Source: Lama glama
Taxonomy: Eukaryota
Assembly: GCA_028534125.1 (NCBI GenBank)
Contig: CM052817.1
Span: 56,112,001 to 56,176,000 of the forward strand
DNA length: 64,000 nt
Direction: 5' to 3'
The translations under genes were made by a program, and so were the position numbers. How positions within the stretch are numbered: the first letter of the stretch is position 1; each line of letters starts with the position of its first letter. Positions 11,771-25,070 of this stretch are shown in pieces. Under the pieces are notes generated by a model. That model was not told the DNA's origin. It searched no databases and worked only from the letters and a program-made list of their open reading frames with translations.

Positions 11771-12839
11771 CACAGGGCCTCTGTGTTAGCTCACAGTCCT
11801 GCTATCTGAAAGTGCTGTTTAGTTCCACTCCAAAGGGATTTTGGAGAAGATAAATACAAATGTTCATCATAAAATTTCTAAGGAAAAATTAAGTAGAAAA
11901 TCAGACTGAAGGTAATAACAGCTCAAAAATTATACTTTATGTGTTCAGTTTTCAAGTCACGGCTAAACAACTTATTAACAAAATGCCTATTCATGAAAGA
12001 GCATGAAGAATAGAGCGTAGGAATCAAAAGATTTAAGATCATTTATTATTCTCCTTTGGCACTACCTGGTTATAACTTTACTCAGCAGCTCCATTTTCAA
12101 TTGTATTTCAGTATTGAAATGGAAAAGTTTTAAAAGCCCTTAATTTTGTTGCCCTTGTTTGCCTCATTCCTAACAAGTGGCCATTCAACATGTGGCACAT
12201 TTGGATATAGGAGGACACTTGTGAAAACCTGGGACATAATACATCCAAGGACAGATTATGAAAAATGAACTGCAAGCTAGGTGTTTTCTCTCTCATATGG
12301 AAAAGTTGTCAAATTTTACTTAGCACAACACCCAGTTTACCATAATCTGGTATTTACTTATTCTTTGAATTTGTTTTTCACTAATTCCTTTTTAAATTTT
12401 TTCATATCCTGTCCTTATTTGTGTTCCTCAAATGAGATAGACTCTCAATTACCTGATGATCTAGTTTCAGGTCCCAGATTTCAGACCCTATATTCACTAA
12501 AACTTCTCTAATTTCTTCATTTTTCCTACAATTATTCCACATATTTACCATAAATCCCATTTTTATTGTTAGCTCACATCAGTTTCTCTTGTCTACAATC
12601 ATTGCAAATTGAGCTAACATAAAATTAGCATTTGGTATGGAGTGTTATGAAGGACTTTTAAATGTGAAACTGACCAAATTAAGAGGAGGGTGTAGATAAT
12701 GAGGATTTCTCCATCTTGGTCTAGGAAGACAACCATATTTGTTATGTTCTGGCAATTCAACTGCTTAAATGATTGTTACGTGAATTTTCAGTTTTAAAAT
12801 ATGTGTTCAACTAACTTGTAGCTTTGGAGTAATGTGTAT

Positions 12840-12844
<5 letters not shown>

Positions 12845-12872
<28 letters not shown>
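12845..12872. repeat. (CA)14 microsatellite
   Basis: Directly visible. Confidence 0.95.
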
Positions 12873-12875
<3 letters not shown>

Positions 12876-13649
12876 ATACATAACACATATGCAAATAGTT
12901 ATATATATTTTGTTTCATCAAATGCCTAGAAAATTGTATATGTTTATGTCACTACATAAACATCTTAAAGAAAGTCAGACATTGGCCCAAAGTTTCCACA
13001 GTTCTTGTTTCTGCCATGCCACCTGAAGACTGAGGGAATAAATAGCTCAGTACACATGTTCTTTTCTGAGAACACTGTAGGAGAGCTTTGCTATAGGGAC
13101 CTGATAGAAAAGGACAGAAAACTGGAATGCTTGATTTCTTGTACTTGTTCCCCAGTGCTCCACTTTCATGTGTCCCCTCAAAACTCTAGGGAAAGGGAAT
13201 TTTCTCAGACATAAAGTTTGACCAAGGGAATCACTCAACACATAGCAGTACTTGCAAAATTCTGTTCATTAAGTTATATTAGCTTTGATCTCTAAGGACC
13301 ATAAGATAGAATTTCTTCTTATTTTCTCTACATAGATTTTAGAATGTTTACAGTTTCTGTGGTTTATATGTATGTGTACATTTTTGCTAGGTTGTGGTAT
13401 TATGATTGACCACTTCTAGATATTTCAGGGTGGAATTCACATTGAGCAGATATATTGTTGATTCAATTTCCAAAGCAGTCATTAAATATCATTGTGAAGG
13501 GGTTTGTTCATGACTGTAAACTGGATAACCACAATAAAATGGGAGAGAGGACATTCTTCAAAAATTATAGTAAGGAAAAATACATTTATGTGTGTAGTCA
13601 TGTGTGTTGGGCAACCAAGGGGTAACCTGTGATTATTACCTTTTTCTGG

Positions 13650-14145
13650 CAAATCTGTATTCTCCATTTTCTATCAATAGAACTTACTCTCCTGATCACT
13701 TAGGACTGGTGATGTTACCAATGTAGAGAAACTATAGTGACCAAAGCCCTGGACAAATGGATCAAAGTAGTTCCTGTAACCACTGGAATTCATCCATGGA
13801 ATTTTTCTTCCTGCGATGGCAGAGAAAGTATTATCCTTTCTCTCTGGTATAAAGCTTTTAAGAGAATAACTCAAAAATTACCTGAAACTATGCTGAAAAA
13901 TACAAGAAAGTGCATGAACACCAAGAATTAAGGCAGAAAAGAGATGCAGACAATCCCCTGGGTGAGCGGTTCCGAGAGACCTAAAGGCTGCCCCACTTCC
14001 TGAGGTGCTGCCTTGAATCCTGTGAGTTACTCAGTCCCCATCAAATAAATTTCATGTATGTATGTGTGTGTTTAAATCATTCTTTCTTAGGCCACGTTGA
14101 ATTGAGTTTCTATCACTTGCAACTGAAAGATGCCTGGATAACGCA
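13650..14145 (+). mobile_element. ERVL/MaLR LTR (MLT1L/LTR33-like)
   Basis: 'gtgaccaaagccctggacaaat', AATAAA at about 14044 and terminal 'ttaggccacgttgaattgagtttctatcacttgcaactgaaagatgcctg'. Confidence 0.7.
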
Positions 14146-14609
14146 GATAACTTTCAACTCTGACATTCTTAGATTTTAAGATACTATATTTGTTACCAGA
14201 AACATATCCAGGACTATTTCCATATTCAATAAACATGAAAAGGTTATTAATTAAAACTAGTCCTTCTGTAATTAAATTTGTCATTGGTCTATCAGGTTGT
14301 ATTATATTTAGTGATTCAATAATAACAACCACCTGAAATAACTATTTATAAAAATGAAAGTGAGGAAACATATGATTAAGGACAATGATTTCCTGCCTTT
14401 ATTCAACTTCCTTAATTCTTAAAATAATTTTTGAGATTAAACTTTATTGAAATAATATAGTTGAATTTAATATTAATGTTTACTAAACCCATTTTTATGA
14501 AGGACAGGATCATAACTGTTTTTGTTAAACAGAGTATCACATAAAATACATCCTGTTAACATTTCTAGAACTCACATGATTTTAACTCTGTTACATGCTT
14601 TCTTGTCAT

Positions 14610-14810
14610 CCTGGTCTGCTGACCTCTCCTGTATGAGACTCAGTTTTTTCGTCTATAAAAATGGATATAGGGACATGATTCAGGAATTCAGTGAATATTT
14701 TCAATTTCAGAGTACAGGCAATTGTCAAAGACAAGCAACTAAGGATTCACAGGTTCATCTCCCATTGATTCTGTGACCTAGAACCAGTTACTTGACTTTA
14801 TCTGTATCTC
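14610..14810 (+). mobile_element. MIR fragments
   Basis: 'gactcagttttttcgtctataaaaatgga' and 'ctgtgacctagaaccagttacttgacttt' core motifs. Confidence 0.55.
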
Positions 14811-15419
14811 TTAAGAACGGTGTGGTGATTCTGTTTTATATCTCCCATTTCCATCAGTCTTGACATCAATGAAACATTTCTTTGCCTCATGAACTTCTTC
14901 AAGGAAATAATTTTAAGTAGTGAATACGATTATAAAGCAGAGAAACAAACTACCATAATATTCTGTGAAAGGTCTTTTATAAAATAGCTTAAAACCAGTT
15001 GCTATATAGTTATATATTATAAATTATATGTGAAAATTAATATCCCTAAAATTAGATGTCACTGATTTTTTTACTTGCTATAAATATATAGATGAAAGTA
15101 ACAGACCAATAAATCATAGATAAGTATAAGGTAATATTTACAATGAATATCTTTGAATGAGTGATTAAAAAGATGGAAATTAGGTAAGATTAAATAAGAA
15201 CCACCTGTCATTTTCTAAAACAGAAGAATTTTTTGTGTATTTTTATTATTATTTAAAAAGGGGGAGATATAACTGGAATGTAAGTCCTGACTAATTTGTG
15301 TACTGCACATTTCTGATAGATGAGGAATACAATTGATTATCACTCAGCAAACGAAAGCAAATGATATTAGAGCAAGAAGAACTGGGGAAATATGTTTAAT
15401 TTTCCCTCTTCTTGAATTG

Positions 15420-16128
15420 CTGAGTGGAGAATAGACCATAGGAGAATAAGACTGGAAGTAGGCAATTCATAAATGCCTTATGTTAGTCTGGGCTACAGAT
15501 GAGGGAATCTAGACCTGGAAGGTATGAGTAAAAGTCTTGAGAGGCAAATAAACATATTTTATTTTTAGAGATAAATTTTGAAGGTAGATCAAAAAAAGGC
15601 TTGTTGAATTGGGTACTAGAGGTAAGGGAAAGTGATGAATAATGTTTGGTTCTAGGACTGAAGCATCACCAAAAATATATAATGCAGAGATGAGCAAGAC
15701 TGGGAGAAAAGGTCTGGGCTGAAAGAAGGAAGTAAGATTTCCTTTTTAAGTATCCTTTAGGTGAAGAATTCAAGTAAAGACATATACTTAGTCTGGAACC
15801 CATGGGCAAAATCAGAGCTAGTATGTGAAACAGGAAATTACCAGTACCAACACAGGATGAAAGCCAAGGACTAATCCTTGAGTCACACAAACATAAAGAG
15901 ATCTATAAGAGGAGAAGAATTTCACAAGAGAAACTTAGAAGTGTCTAGGGAGATCAGAGAAAAATCAAGTTAGTGGTTTGTTCTAGAAGTCAAATGAAGA
16001 AATTGTGTCACGGATGGTGTATTCAAGGGTGTTAAAATCTGTTAGATGTTAAGTCATGACACAATGACATACAGTTGGCCATACTATTTGGAAAAGAATC
16101 TTTGGGGAAAATTTACAAGAACATTTTC
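15420..16128 (-). mobile_element. L2 fragment (continues at 17046-17165 beyond the L1 insertion)
   Basis: Purine-rich antisense-L2 motifs: 'agataaattttgaaggtaga', 'ggagaaaaggtctgggctgaa', 'tagaagtcaaatgaagaaa'; 'tagatatagaaagctttcttaagaaatttgc' after 17046. Confidence 0.7.
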
Positions 16129-16144
16129 AATAATGTGGTGTGTA

Positions 16145-17029
16145 AGTCAGAATAGCCATCATTCAAAAATCTACAAATGACAAATGCTGGAGAGGCTGTG
16201 GAGAAAAGGGAACCCTCCTACACTGCTGGTGGGAATGTAGTTTGGTGCAGCCACTGTGGAAAAAAGTATGGAGATTCCTCAAAAGGCTAGGAATAGACTT
16301 ACCATATGACCCTCCTACACTGCTGGTGGGAATGTAGTTTGGTGCAGCCACTGTGGAAAAGAGTATGGAGATTCCTCAAAAGACTAGGAATAAACTTACC
16401 ATATGAGCCAGGAATCCACTCCTGGGTCTATATCCAGAAGGAACCCTACTTCAAAATGACACCTGCACCCCAATGTTCATAGCAGCACTATTTACAATAG
16501 CCAAGACATGGAAACAGTCTAAATGCCCATCAACATAAGATTGGATAAAGAAGAGGTGGTATATTTATACAATGGAATACTATTCAGCCATAAAAACTGA
16601 CAACATAATGCCATTTGCAGCAACATGGATGCTCCTGGAGAATGTCATTCTAAGTGAAGTAAGCCAGAAAGNNNNNNNNNNNNNNNNNNNNNNNNNNNNN
16701 NNNNNNNNNNNNNNNNNNNNNNNNNNNNNNNNNNNNNNNNNNNNNNNNNNNNNNNNNNNNNNNNNNNNNNNAGACATAGAATACAAACTTGTGGTTGCCA
16801 AGGGGGCGGGGGTGGGAAGGGAGAGACTGGGATTTCAAAATGTAGAATAGATAAACAAGATTATACTGTATACCACAGGGAAATATATACAAGATTTTAT
16901 GGTAGCTCACAGAGAAAAAAATGTGCCAAAGAATATATATCTGTTCATGTATAACTGAAAAATTGTGCTCTACACTTGAATTTGACACAACATTGTAAAA
17001 TTATTATAAATCAATAAAAAATGTTAAAA
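16145..17029 (+). mobile_element. Young L1, 5'-truncated, with 16-bp TSD and internal 97-bp duplication
   Basis: ORF2 C-terminus (MEYYSAIKTDNIMPFAATWMLLENVILSEVSQK), 3'UTR and AATAAA; perfect TSD aataatgtggtgtgta at 16129-16144 and 17030-17045. Confidence 0.97.
16672..16771. other. Assembly gap (100 N) inside the L1
   Basis: Run of N; the flanks correspond to L1 positions about 100 bp apart in the 7669 copy. Confidence 1.
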
Positions 17030-17211
17030 AATAATGTGGTGTGTATTATATAATTATTGAAGTAGTAAAAGGGAGAAGAATAATACATAAAGGAAGTCAG
17101 TAGATATAGAAAGCTTTCTTAAGAAATTTGCTTTTAAAATGGACAAGATAAATAAGGTAAGAATTTGATGCATGGGATGGATTCTAAAATTTAAATTTGA
17201 GGTAAGTAGCC

Positions 17212-17275
17212 ATATATATGTATATATGTATATACTCTATATATATATAGATATGTATGTAGATATATATATGTA
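17212..17275. repeat. (TA)/(TATG)-rich low-complexity tract
   Basis: Directly visible. Confidence 0.8.
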
Positions 17276-18934
17276 TCACATTTCTGAAGCTTTGTTTATC
17301 TGCCTTTAAATGTATTTTTCTCTTAGTTGTTCAGGTTTCATAATTTATGTTTATCAAAATAAATAAAATAAAGTTCACTGACTCTTTCACTTTAAGCGTC
17401 TACCATGATTCATATTTTTATAGCAGTTTAAAGGATGTTTATAATATGATGAAACATAGATATGTGGATAGATATATGTATAGACATGCATAACATGCAT
17501 AACCATAAAAGGATTTACTAGGGAAATTGTTACTTTCCCTTGAAATTTAAAAGTTAATGCTCACTTTTTCCAATGTTTCTAAAAATTTAGAACTTTGTCT
17601 TGCAATGGAATTATCTGTCTATTTAACATAACAATCATACACTTTATTAAGGTGGTTTAATACATAAAATCCATAATTTAATAATCATTTACTAGTGAGT
17701 ACATACACAATTTAGAAAGATATCTATTATCTTATTCTTTGTATAATATTGATTTTATCTTATTTTTTAAAATAAATACTTGGGGAATCTCCAAACATTA
17801 GGTATTTGGCCTCTGATTAAATACTTCTGGTAGCAAGAGACTACCTCTTAGTGCAATTAATCTGATTGTTGACATGAAATTTATTAGAAAGTCCATTCTG
17901 ATATCCTACCAAAATATTACTACTTTTGAACTCCACCTATTAATCTTGAGCTACTGTTAACCACCTGTGATCACAAAGACCTATTATTTAATCTCAACTT
18001 CACAAAGCAGACAAAGATTTGAAGAGGCCTGAAAAATTTTTGAATCTCCTTTTTTATGTCCAAATAATTGCTATTATGCTGGTTTTCCTTTAAAATAATT
18101 ATTTATTGTCAATAGTAAAAGAAAGGAGGTATAATAATCCAGAAGGTGTTTTGTCAGCAAAATGTAGCAGAAGATTCAACTCCCTTTTTATGGAATTTAT
18201 ACCGCTGTTAACACAGTCAATTATCACATTAGCTGCTTGGAGAGAGACTTAACTCCTTTCATCATATGGATTAAAAATAAATCCAAGTCCGTTGGCCTGT
18301 TTGTAGAGATATCTATAATAATGATTTGCATACAGTGTCAATGAATGCTTTAATATTATCAAATGAATTCTTAGTGACATAATCTTTCTATACATGTTGC
18401 TCTCAGTCTAAGTCTTGAATTGTTTAGCAGAATAGATACATGGAAGCTCATCTAAATACTGAATTATAGCAAAGAAATGCATATTTAACCATTCTTTATT
18501 TCTTCTGCAATAAAATTAACAAAAAGACAAAAAGAACAAAAGTATACAGAGAACACATCACTGCTCTGGCAAACATACCCAGCATGTGGTCTTCCACCCA
18601 CTCTATTCACAACCAATATTTTTCAGATCATCTTTTGTCCTCAGCCCTCTTAAACATGCTCCTTTAAAAATAAACAAAAATTAAGCCTTTGTTAAATCTC
18701 AAGAATGAAATCAGCAATGTCTGAAGTATGGTAATTTTGATAATTTATTATACATCCCATTCACATCTTCACTTGGGTTAATTCAATATTTTATTGTCTA
18801 TAGCCTGATTACTATTAATTTGACCTCCACCAAAGTATTCATCATCCACACTGACAAACTGACTAAATATATATTTTTTCACACCTTAAGATATAAACAT
18901 TTCATTTTAAAAAACGGGCCATTCCTCCAAAATT

Positions 18935-19138
18935 GCCAAAGTGTTTTAAACGTTTACTCTACACTGTAATTCTTTATAACAACCCCTAGATGTAGGGGCC
19001 ACAGTCATTTCCATTTCACATGTGGAAAAAGTGACCCACCGGAAGGTTAAAATGCAAAAGGGCACACATGTATTAAGTGGCAGGACCAGGCTTTAAGTCA
19101 GTGTGCACATACTGGAAAGCCTGTGCTCCTAACCACTT
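18935..19138 (-). mobile_element. MIR SINE, near full length
   Basis: 'aacaacccctagatgtagg...ccatttcacatgtggaaaaagtga...gaaggttaa...gggcacacatgtattaagtggcagga...aaagcctgtgctcctaaccact'. Confidence 0.85.
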
Positions 19139-19904
19139 TATTATTGAAAACCACATACCATTATTCTTTATAATCAATTACACTTTTTAAATGGAAATAA
19201 ATCCAGTGGTATCTTTGGATTAAGAGTTATGCCATACTAGCGAAACACTACACCACTCAATAAAGAGAAGTAATACATTTCTATGTTTAATCTGTCTACA
19301 AGCAACCACTGTCTTTATTGGTAATTCATGATAGGAACTTCTCTTTTAAGAATGAAGTTTAGAAATGTAGAAAATAACTCAAAACCGCTTTGATGACAAT
19401 TTAATAAATTTAAAAAAGTGTGTATTTTAGTCTCCATAAAATAGAGAAAATAGTCAAAAGAAGGGCAGGGGAAATATATGTAATGACACACATTGAATTA
19501 TTAAATTTGTTACAAATAGGACAAAGTTGGGTGGGTGATAGTTGAAGACTTTCCCTTTTTATTTCCTATGCCACAGATTTATTCCAATGAGCATCCAATC
19601 TCTTTAATATTAAAATTAAACTGTTAAATCAATGAACATATCTACACTGCTCCTAATGACTTAGGGACTCAAGGAAACATAATATAGACTCTATCTTGAG
19701 GGAGTAAACATATTTCTCATGTTGAATCTCTCTATCCAAGAACATGGTATTTCTTTCTATTTGTTAAAGTCTATTTTTGTGAGTTGTAATGTGTTTTTAA
19801 ATAATTAGCTAATTTGGTTTAAATGTTTTAAGTCAAGACACACAGTCCAAGTAAAAGCAAGAATTATGTGAAAGACATACGAAATAAAATTTTAAAACAT
19901 CTTG

Positions 19905-21637
19905 CAGATACATCTTTTACAAATATTTTCACCCAGTCTGTGGGTGGGCTTCTTATTCTCTTGGCAACTTCTCTCACAGAACAGAACATTTAATTTTAAT
20001 TAAGTACAGCATATCAATTATTGCTTTCATGGATCATGCCTTTGGTATTGTATATAAAAAGTAATCACTATACTAAAGATCATCTAGAGTTTTTCCTATG
20101 TTATCTTCTAGGAGTTTTATGTTTAGCATTTCATTTAAGCCTCTGTTACATTCTGAATTAACATCTGTGAAGGGTTATGAGCTGTGTCTAGATTCTTTTT
20201 TTTCTTTTTGCATTTGGATGTCTCGCTGTTCCAAAACCATTTATGAAAAAGACTACTATCTTTTTGTCTTTGCTCTGTAGTATTGCCTCTTCTCCTTTGC
20301 TAAATGTCAGTTGACTGTATGTACGTATGGGGGGTCTATTTCTAGATTCTCTACTATCTATTGACCAAATAGACTCCATTGGTCCATCTGTATATTCTTT
20401 CACAAATACCACACTGTCTTGGTTACTATAGCTTTTTATTAAGTCTTGAAGTCATATAGTGTCAGTGCTGCAACTTTGTTCTTTTCCTCTAATGTTGTGT
20501 TGGCTATTCTGGATCTTTTGACTATTAATATAAACAATAGAACCAATTTGTCAATATCCACAAAATAACTTGCTGGGATGTTGACTGTGACTGTGATGAA
20601 TCTATATCTCAAGTTGTCAAGAACTTACATCTTAAAATTGAGTTTTTCTATCAAAGAACATGGAACATCTCTCTATTTATTTAGTTCTTTGATATCCTTC
20701 ATCTAGAGTTTTATAGTTTTTCTCATACAGATCTTGTACTTATTTTGTTAGATTTATACCAAAGTATCTCATTTTGGGTTGGGGAGGCTGGTAAATGGTA
20801 GTGTATTTTAAATTCAATTTTATTTGTTTATTGTTGGTATATAAAAAAGCAATTGGCTTTTGTATATTAACCTTGTATCCTGCAACCTTTCTATAATTTC
20901 TTATTAGTTCCCAGAGTTTCTTTGTTGATTCTTTTGGATTTTTTACATAGACAATCATGCCAACTGTGAACAAAGATAGTTTTACTTCTTTTCTCATCAC
21001 TGAACATTTTAGTTTCTTTGCTTGTCTTATGGCACTACCTGGGATTTCAAGTATGATGCTGGAAATGAATACTAAAGGGAACACCACCCTTGTCTTGTTC
21101 CTTATCTTAGTGAGAAAGCTTTGATTTCTCAGCATTAATTATGATGTTAGCTGTAGGTGTCTGTAGATATTCTTTATCAAGTTGAGGAAATTCCTTTTGA
21201 TTACTCATTTACTGAGAAGTTTTTTTTTTAACGACAAATAGGTGTTTAATGTTTTCAAATACTTTTTTGCATCAATTGTTATGAACCGTGATTTTTCTTT
21301 TTCAGTCTGTTGATATAGTGGATTACATTAGTTGATTTTTGATATTAACCAGCCTTGCATACCTGAAATAAATCTTACTTGATCATGATGAATGATTCTT
21401 TTCATACATTGTTGGATTTAAGTTGCTTTTATTTTGATAAGAGTTTTTGCATCTATGTTCAGAAGAGATATTTGTCTGTAGTTTTCTATTTTTGTAGTGT
21501 CTTTGTCTGGTTTTGGGATTAGAATAATGCCAGCACCTAGAATGAGTTTGGAAATATTTCTGAGCCCTCTATCTTATGGCATATAGCAAACTGTGTATAG
21601 TTTCTTCCTTAAATGTTTGGTAGAATTCACCAGTGAA
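19905..21637 (-). mobile_element. L1MC-type ORF2 segment (RT domain to C-terminal region), degenerate
   Basis: ORF 20740..21135(-) 'AIRQAKK...KEVKLSLFTVGMIVYVKNPKESTKKLWELI...VAGYKVNIQKPIAFLYTNN' is L1 RT, with FADD mutated. Confidence 0.92.
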
Positions 21638-23290
21638 TTCTAAGTTGGTCATTTTTTTCTACCAATACGTTAAATAGTTTTATTCTTCCAATATTTTAAA
21701 TAGTTCAGTCTCTTCTTGCTTTTATAGTTTCCAAGGAGAAGTAAGATGCAATTCCTGTTTCTTTTCCTCTGTAGCCAGCTTATTTTCCCTCTCTCGCTTT
21801 TTAAAAATTCTTTTCTTCATGATTTTCTATAACTTGAATGTGATATGTCTAGGGATAGATTTTTTTTAACTTTTTTTTTTGTTTGCATTTATCCAGTTTA
21901 GTGTTCTCTGGATTTCCTCAGTCTATGGTTTACTGTTCAAATTAATTTGGGTAAATTCTCAGTCAATATTGCTAATATTGTTTCAAATATTTCTTCTATT
22001 TCTTCCTCTTACTCTCTGTCTTTTTTTTTTTTTTTGCTTTGTATATTCCTATAATGCATAGGTTATTCACTTTGTAGTTGTTGTACAGTTATTGGATACT
22101 CTGTTCTTTTTTTTCAGTATTTTTCCTGTTTATTTTTCAGTTTTACAAATATTTATTGACATTTCCTCAGGCTCAGTCTTCCTTCAACCAAATCTAGTCT
22201 TTTAATGAGACCACTAAAAGCATTCTCCTTTTCATTCATTCTTATTTAGTGTTTTTGATCCCTAGCATTTCATTTTGAGTCTTTCTTGGGATTTCCATTT
22301 CTCTGTTTATAATACTCATCTGGTCTTGCATATTGTCTACTTTATCCATTAGAGCACTTAGCATATTAACCATAGTTTTTTAAAATTTTCATTCTGATAA
22401 TAATTCCAACATCTCCGCAATGCCTTGTTCTGGTACTTGCTCTAATTTTTTTCACTTGTATATTTATTTGTTTATTTACTTATTTATTTTGCCTTTTCAT
22501 ATGCCTAGCAACTTTTTACTCAAGAACCAGAAATGATGTATTATTTTTTTTAAATGATGGTTAATAGACCTCCAGTAGTGTGGTAGTAATGTTTGTACTT
22601 AAGACATATTCTGTAGTCCTATGTTTGTCTCAGTCTAAGTACTTAGACAACACCTCTAAACTCTGAAATTCGCAAATACTTCCCAGTTCTTGTTTTTTTC
22701 TTTTATCTTAGGACAGGATGGCTAGAGTAGGCCATACTTAGATACATCTCTGGCCCCAGGTCAATTAACCCCAAAGGCTTAAGCTCCAGTGAAACAGTTT
22801 CTCTTGAGGGAAAGTCCTATTAAAACTTTTTCTGGCCAGTTTCAAAACGGTTAATTTTCCCATCCTTCTGCCACGAGCAGAATGGAATTTTTCTGTGATA
22901 TTCACTGTGGGAACCTGGTCAATTACCTGGAAGTAAAACTCACAAAAGTGTGGGTGCTCTCTCTGACTGGGCTTCCCTAGAGTTTTTAATTCTCAGAATT
23001 GTCTACAATGAGACTCCAGCAATTTGTCAATTACAATTTGGTTTTCCTGCATTGACACTCTTCCCACAGAGATTTCTGCTGGTGGGTTTCTCCTCCAGTA
23101 ATTTGTGATTCTCTGTATTCACCTGTCTTTCTCCAATTGTTGGTGACATCAGTTTGCCCTGTAATCTCACTTCTCTGACAGCCAAGAAGCATTGTTGATT
23201 TTTCTGTTCCTTTAAGTTTCTTTTGCTGGTGTCATTAGGATAGAATGAGGATTTCTAAGCTCTTTACATGACAGACCAGAGTCCAGAAAC
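21638..23290 (-). mobile_element. L1MC-type ORF1 and 5'UTR (L1MCa-like 5' end)
   Basis: Antisense ORF1 motifs; 5' terminus 'ttaggatagaatgaggatttctaagctctttacatgacagaccagagtccagaaac', shared with 50370-50930. Confidence 0.8.
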
Positions 23291-23359
23291 CTTTATTTTT
23301 CAATACTTGTCTTATAAGATGCTACATTGCTCTAGATAGATTCTTAAGTTAGGATACAT

Positions 23360-23487
23360 GTGACTAATAAACTGTTGTTGATCTTGTCTGTCCAGTGTCT
23401 GGTGCCATGTGTTTGGCCACTCTCCTGACCCAAGGGTAGAATTCCCTATGGTAACAGCAGCAGAGTGATTAGGAGGTGATTGTAACA
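23360..23487 (+). mobile_element. ERVL-type LTR 3' end fragment
   Basis: AATAAA followed by 'ggtgccatgtgtttggcca...taggaggtgattgtaaca', ending in CA. Confidence 0.4.
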
Positions 23488-23601
23488 CTAATTGATAAGA
23501 TTTAAATAAAAAAATAAATATTTCTTTGAATATATATTTATTTTGAATAATCTGAATTCATACTCAGTTTATAATTTTCACTATTACACTTAAGATTTAA
23601 A

Positions 23602-23645
23602 TATGTATATATATATATGTATGTATATATGTATGTATTTATATT
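23602..23645. repeat. (TA)/(TATG)n microsatellite
   Basis: Directly visible. Confidence 0.85.
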
Positions 23646-23854
23646 ATCCTGAAAATAGGCATGATTTCTGGGGAAGAGATAGATTATTATTACTTATGCC
23701 CAACAATAACTGAATTCTTTTCCCTTTGTCCCAATTCTTTCCTCCTGGGGCAATATGATGAGAGCTGGATGCCATCCTACACATGCTGCAGTTTGTATTG
23801 TAGGCAAATCATCCCAAAATTTAGATTAATTTAGGAAACTTACCCTGAGTTATA

Positions 23855-25070
23855 TTTTGAGTGGTTTTTCTTTCTTTTTTCATTGTGAACTCTAATTACG
23901 TATACTTTAGATTGCCTTTTCCTAGATTCTGTATCTATAGTTTTCACTCTAACTTACTACATTCTTCTTCTTTCTTTATCTGGGTCATTGTGTTAATTTT
24001 CTATCTTTTATGTTCTCGCATGCTTTCTGTCATGTCTGTTTTCTTTTGTGTTTCTTTTTATTTATTCTTTACTTATGAATTCTTACTTTTTACTTTTTAT
24101 TTTGTCAGAATCCATTTTACATTACTCTGCTATCTAGTAATCAGATTCTACTTTCTGTTTATTGTTTGAGTTTTTACATGTCTACCTTTGGTGTTACTTT
24201 GTAAATCTCTTAATTTTGAAAAAAATATGTTGGAATTATGTCATGATGTTTTTCCTGTTGTTGAAAGATTTTTTCTGGTGATATTTTGTAATCTTTAGGA
24301 TTATTCTATAGATTATTTTAATATTTTGCCCATAACTACTTCTATGGAGCTTTGAGTATTCTTTTTCTGGCACTTTTGTTGGACTGAATTAATTTTCCTG
24401 CACTAATAGCAGGGGGTTTCAGTGGAAGTGCAGAAAGAGGGAAGCTTTTCAGGCTCTACCGTTTAATGTCTTCCTCCATTATTACAGTGGTGGACTGTCT
24501 CCTTAACTCATGCCACCTCTGTGTAGCCACCCCTCTTTTGACCTTTAAAACCTAATCCATTTCATGAGGACTTCTACTGATAACCTGGGTTTTCTTTGAT
24601 TTCTTTATAGGCCGCTGACACCAGAGACAAAGCCCTTTCTTCAAATGTAAAGTAGGCACTTTATGTATTTGGCCGGGACTTTATGAGATCAGTCACCTCT
24701 TGCCACTCCCATGCACTTTTGTGCCTTCTTTCTTCTCTATCCACAGTGATAATACTGCACTTAACTGCTGATTTCTATCAGAATGAAACTTTTCTTTTGG
24801 AAATGGATATGTGCTAAAGATTTCTGAAATATGTGATCAAAAGAAACTTTTCCTCCCCAAGGTATTTCCTTGACGTCCTTCGTGGGCTTCTGACTGGCTT
24901 ATCCTTTTGGCTATATTTTCACCAAATATGAAATTTGGAGACTTTTCTGTGTCTTAATTTTGCTGAGAATGTAGTTTATAAAAAACTTTTTTTTTCTTAA
25001 CTATCCTTGATGCTCTGGTTGATTTTCTAAATAAGAAGTGAAAGAATTAAAACTAAATTGCTCCCTGTTC
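23855..25070 (-). mobile_element. Ancient L1ME/HAL1-like 5'/ORF1 region
   Basis: Long T-rich antisense ORF1-like stretch ('gaactctaattacgtatact...') followed by degenerate 5'UTR-like sequence. Confidence 0.55.

Noticed and set aside
16572..16988. ORFs containing X runs
   Set aside because: Artefacts of translating through the 100-N gap.
20740..21135. 131-aa ORF as a functional reverse transcriptase
   Set aside because: Fragment of a decayed L1 ORF2; catalytic FADD reads FTVG and the flanks are frameshifted.
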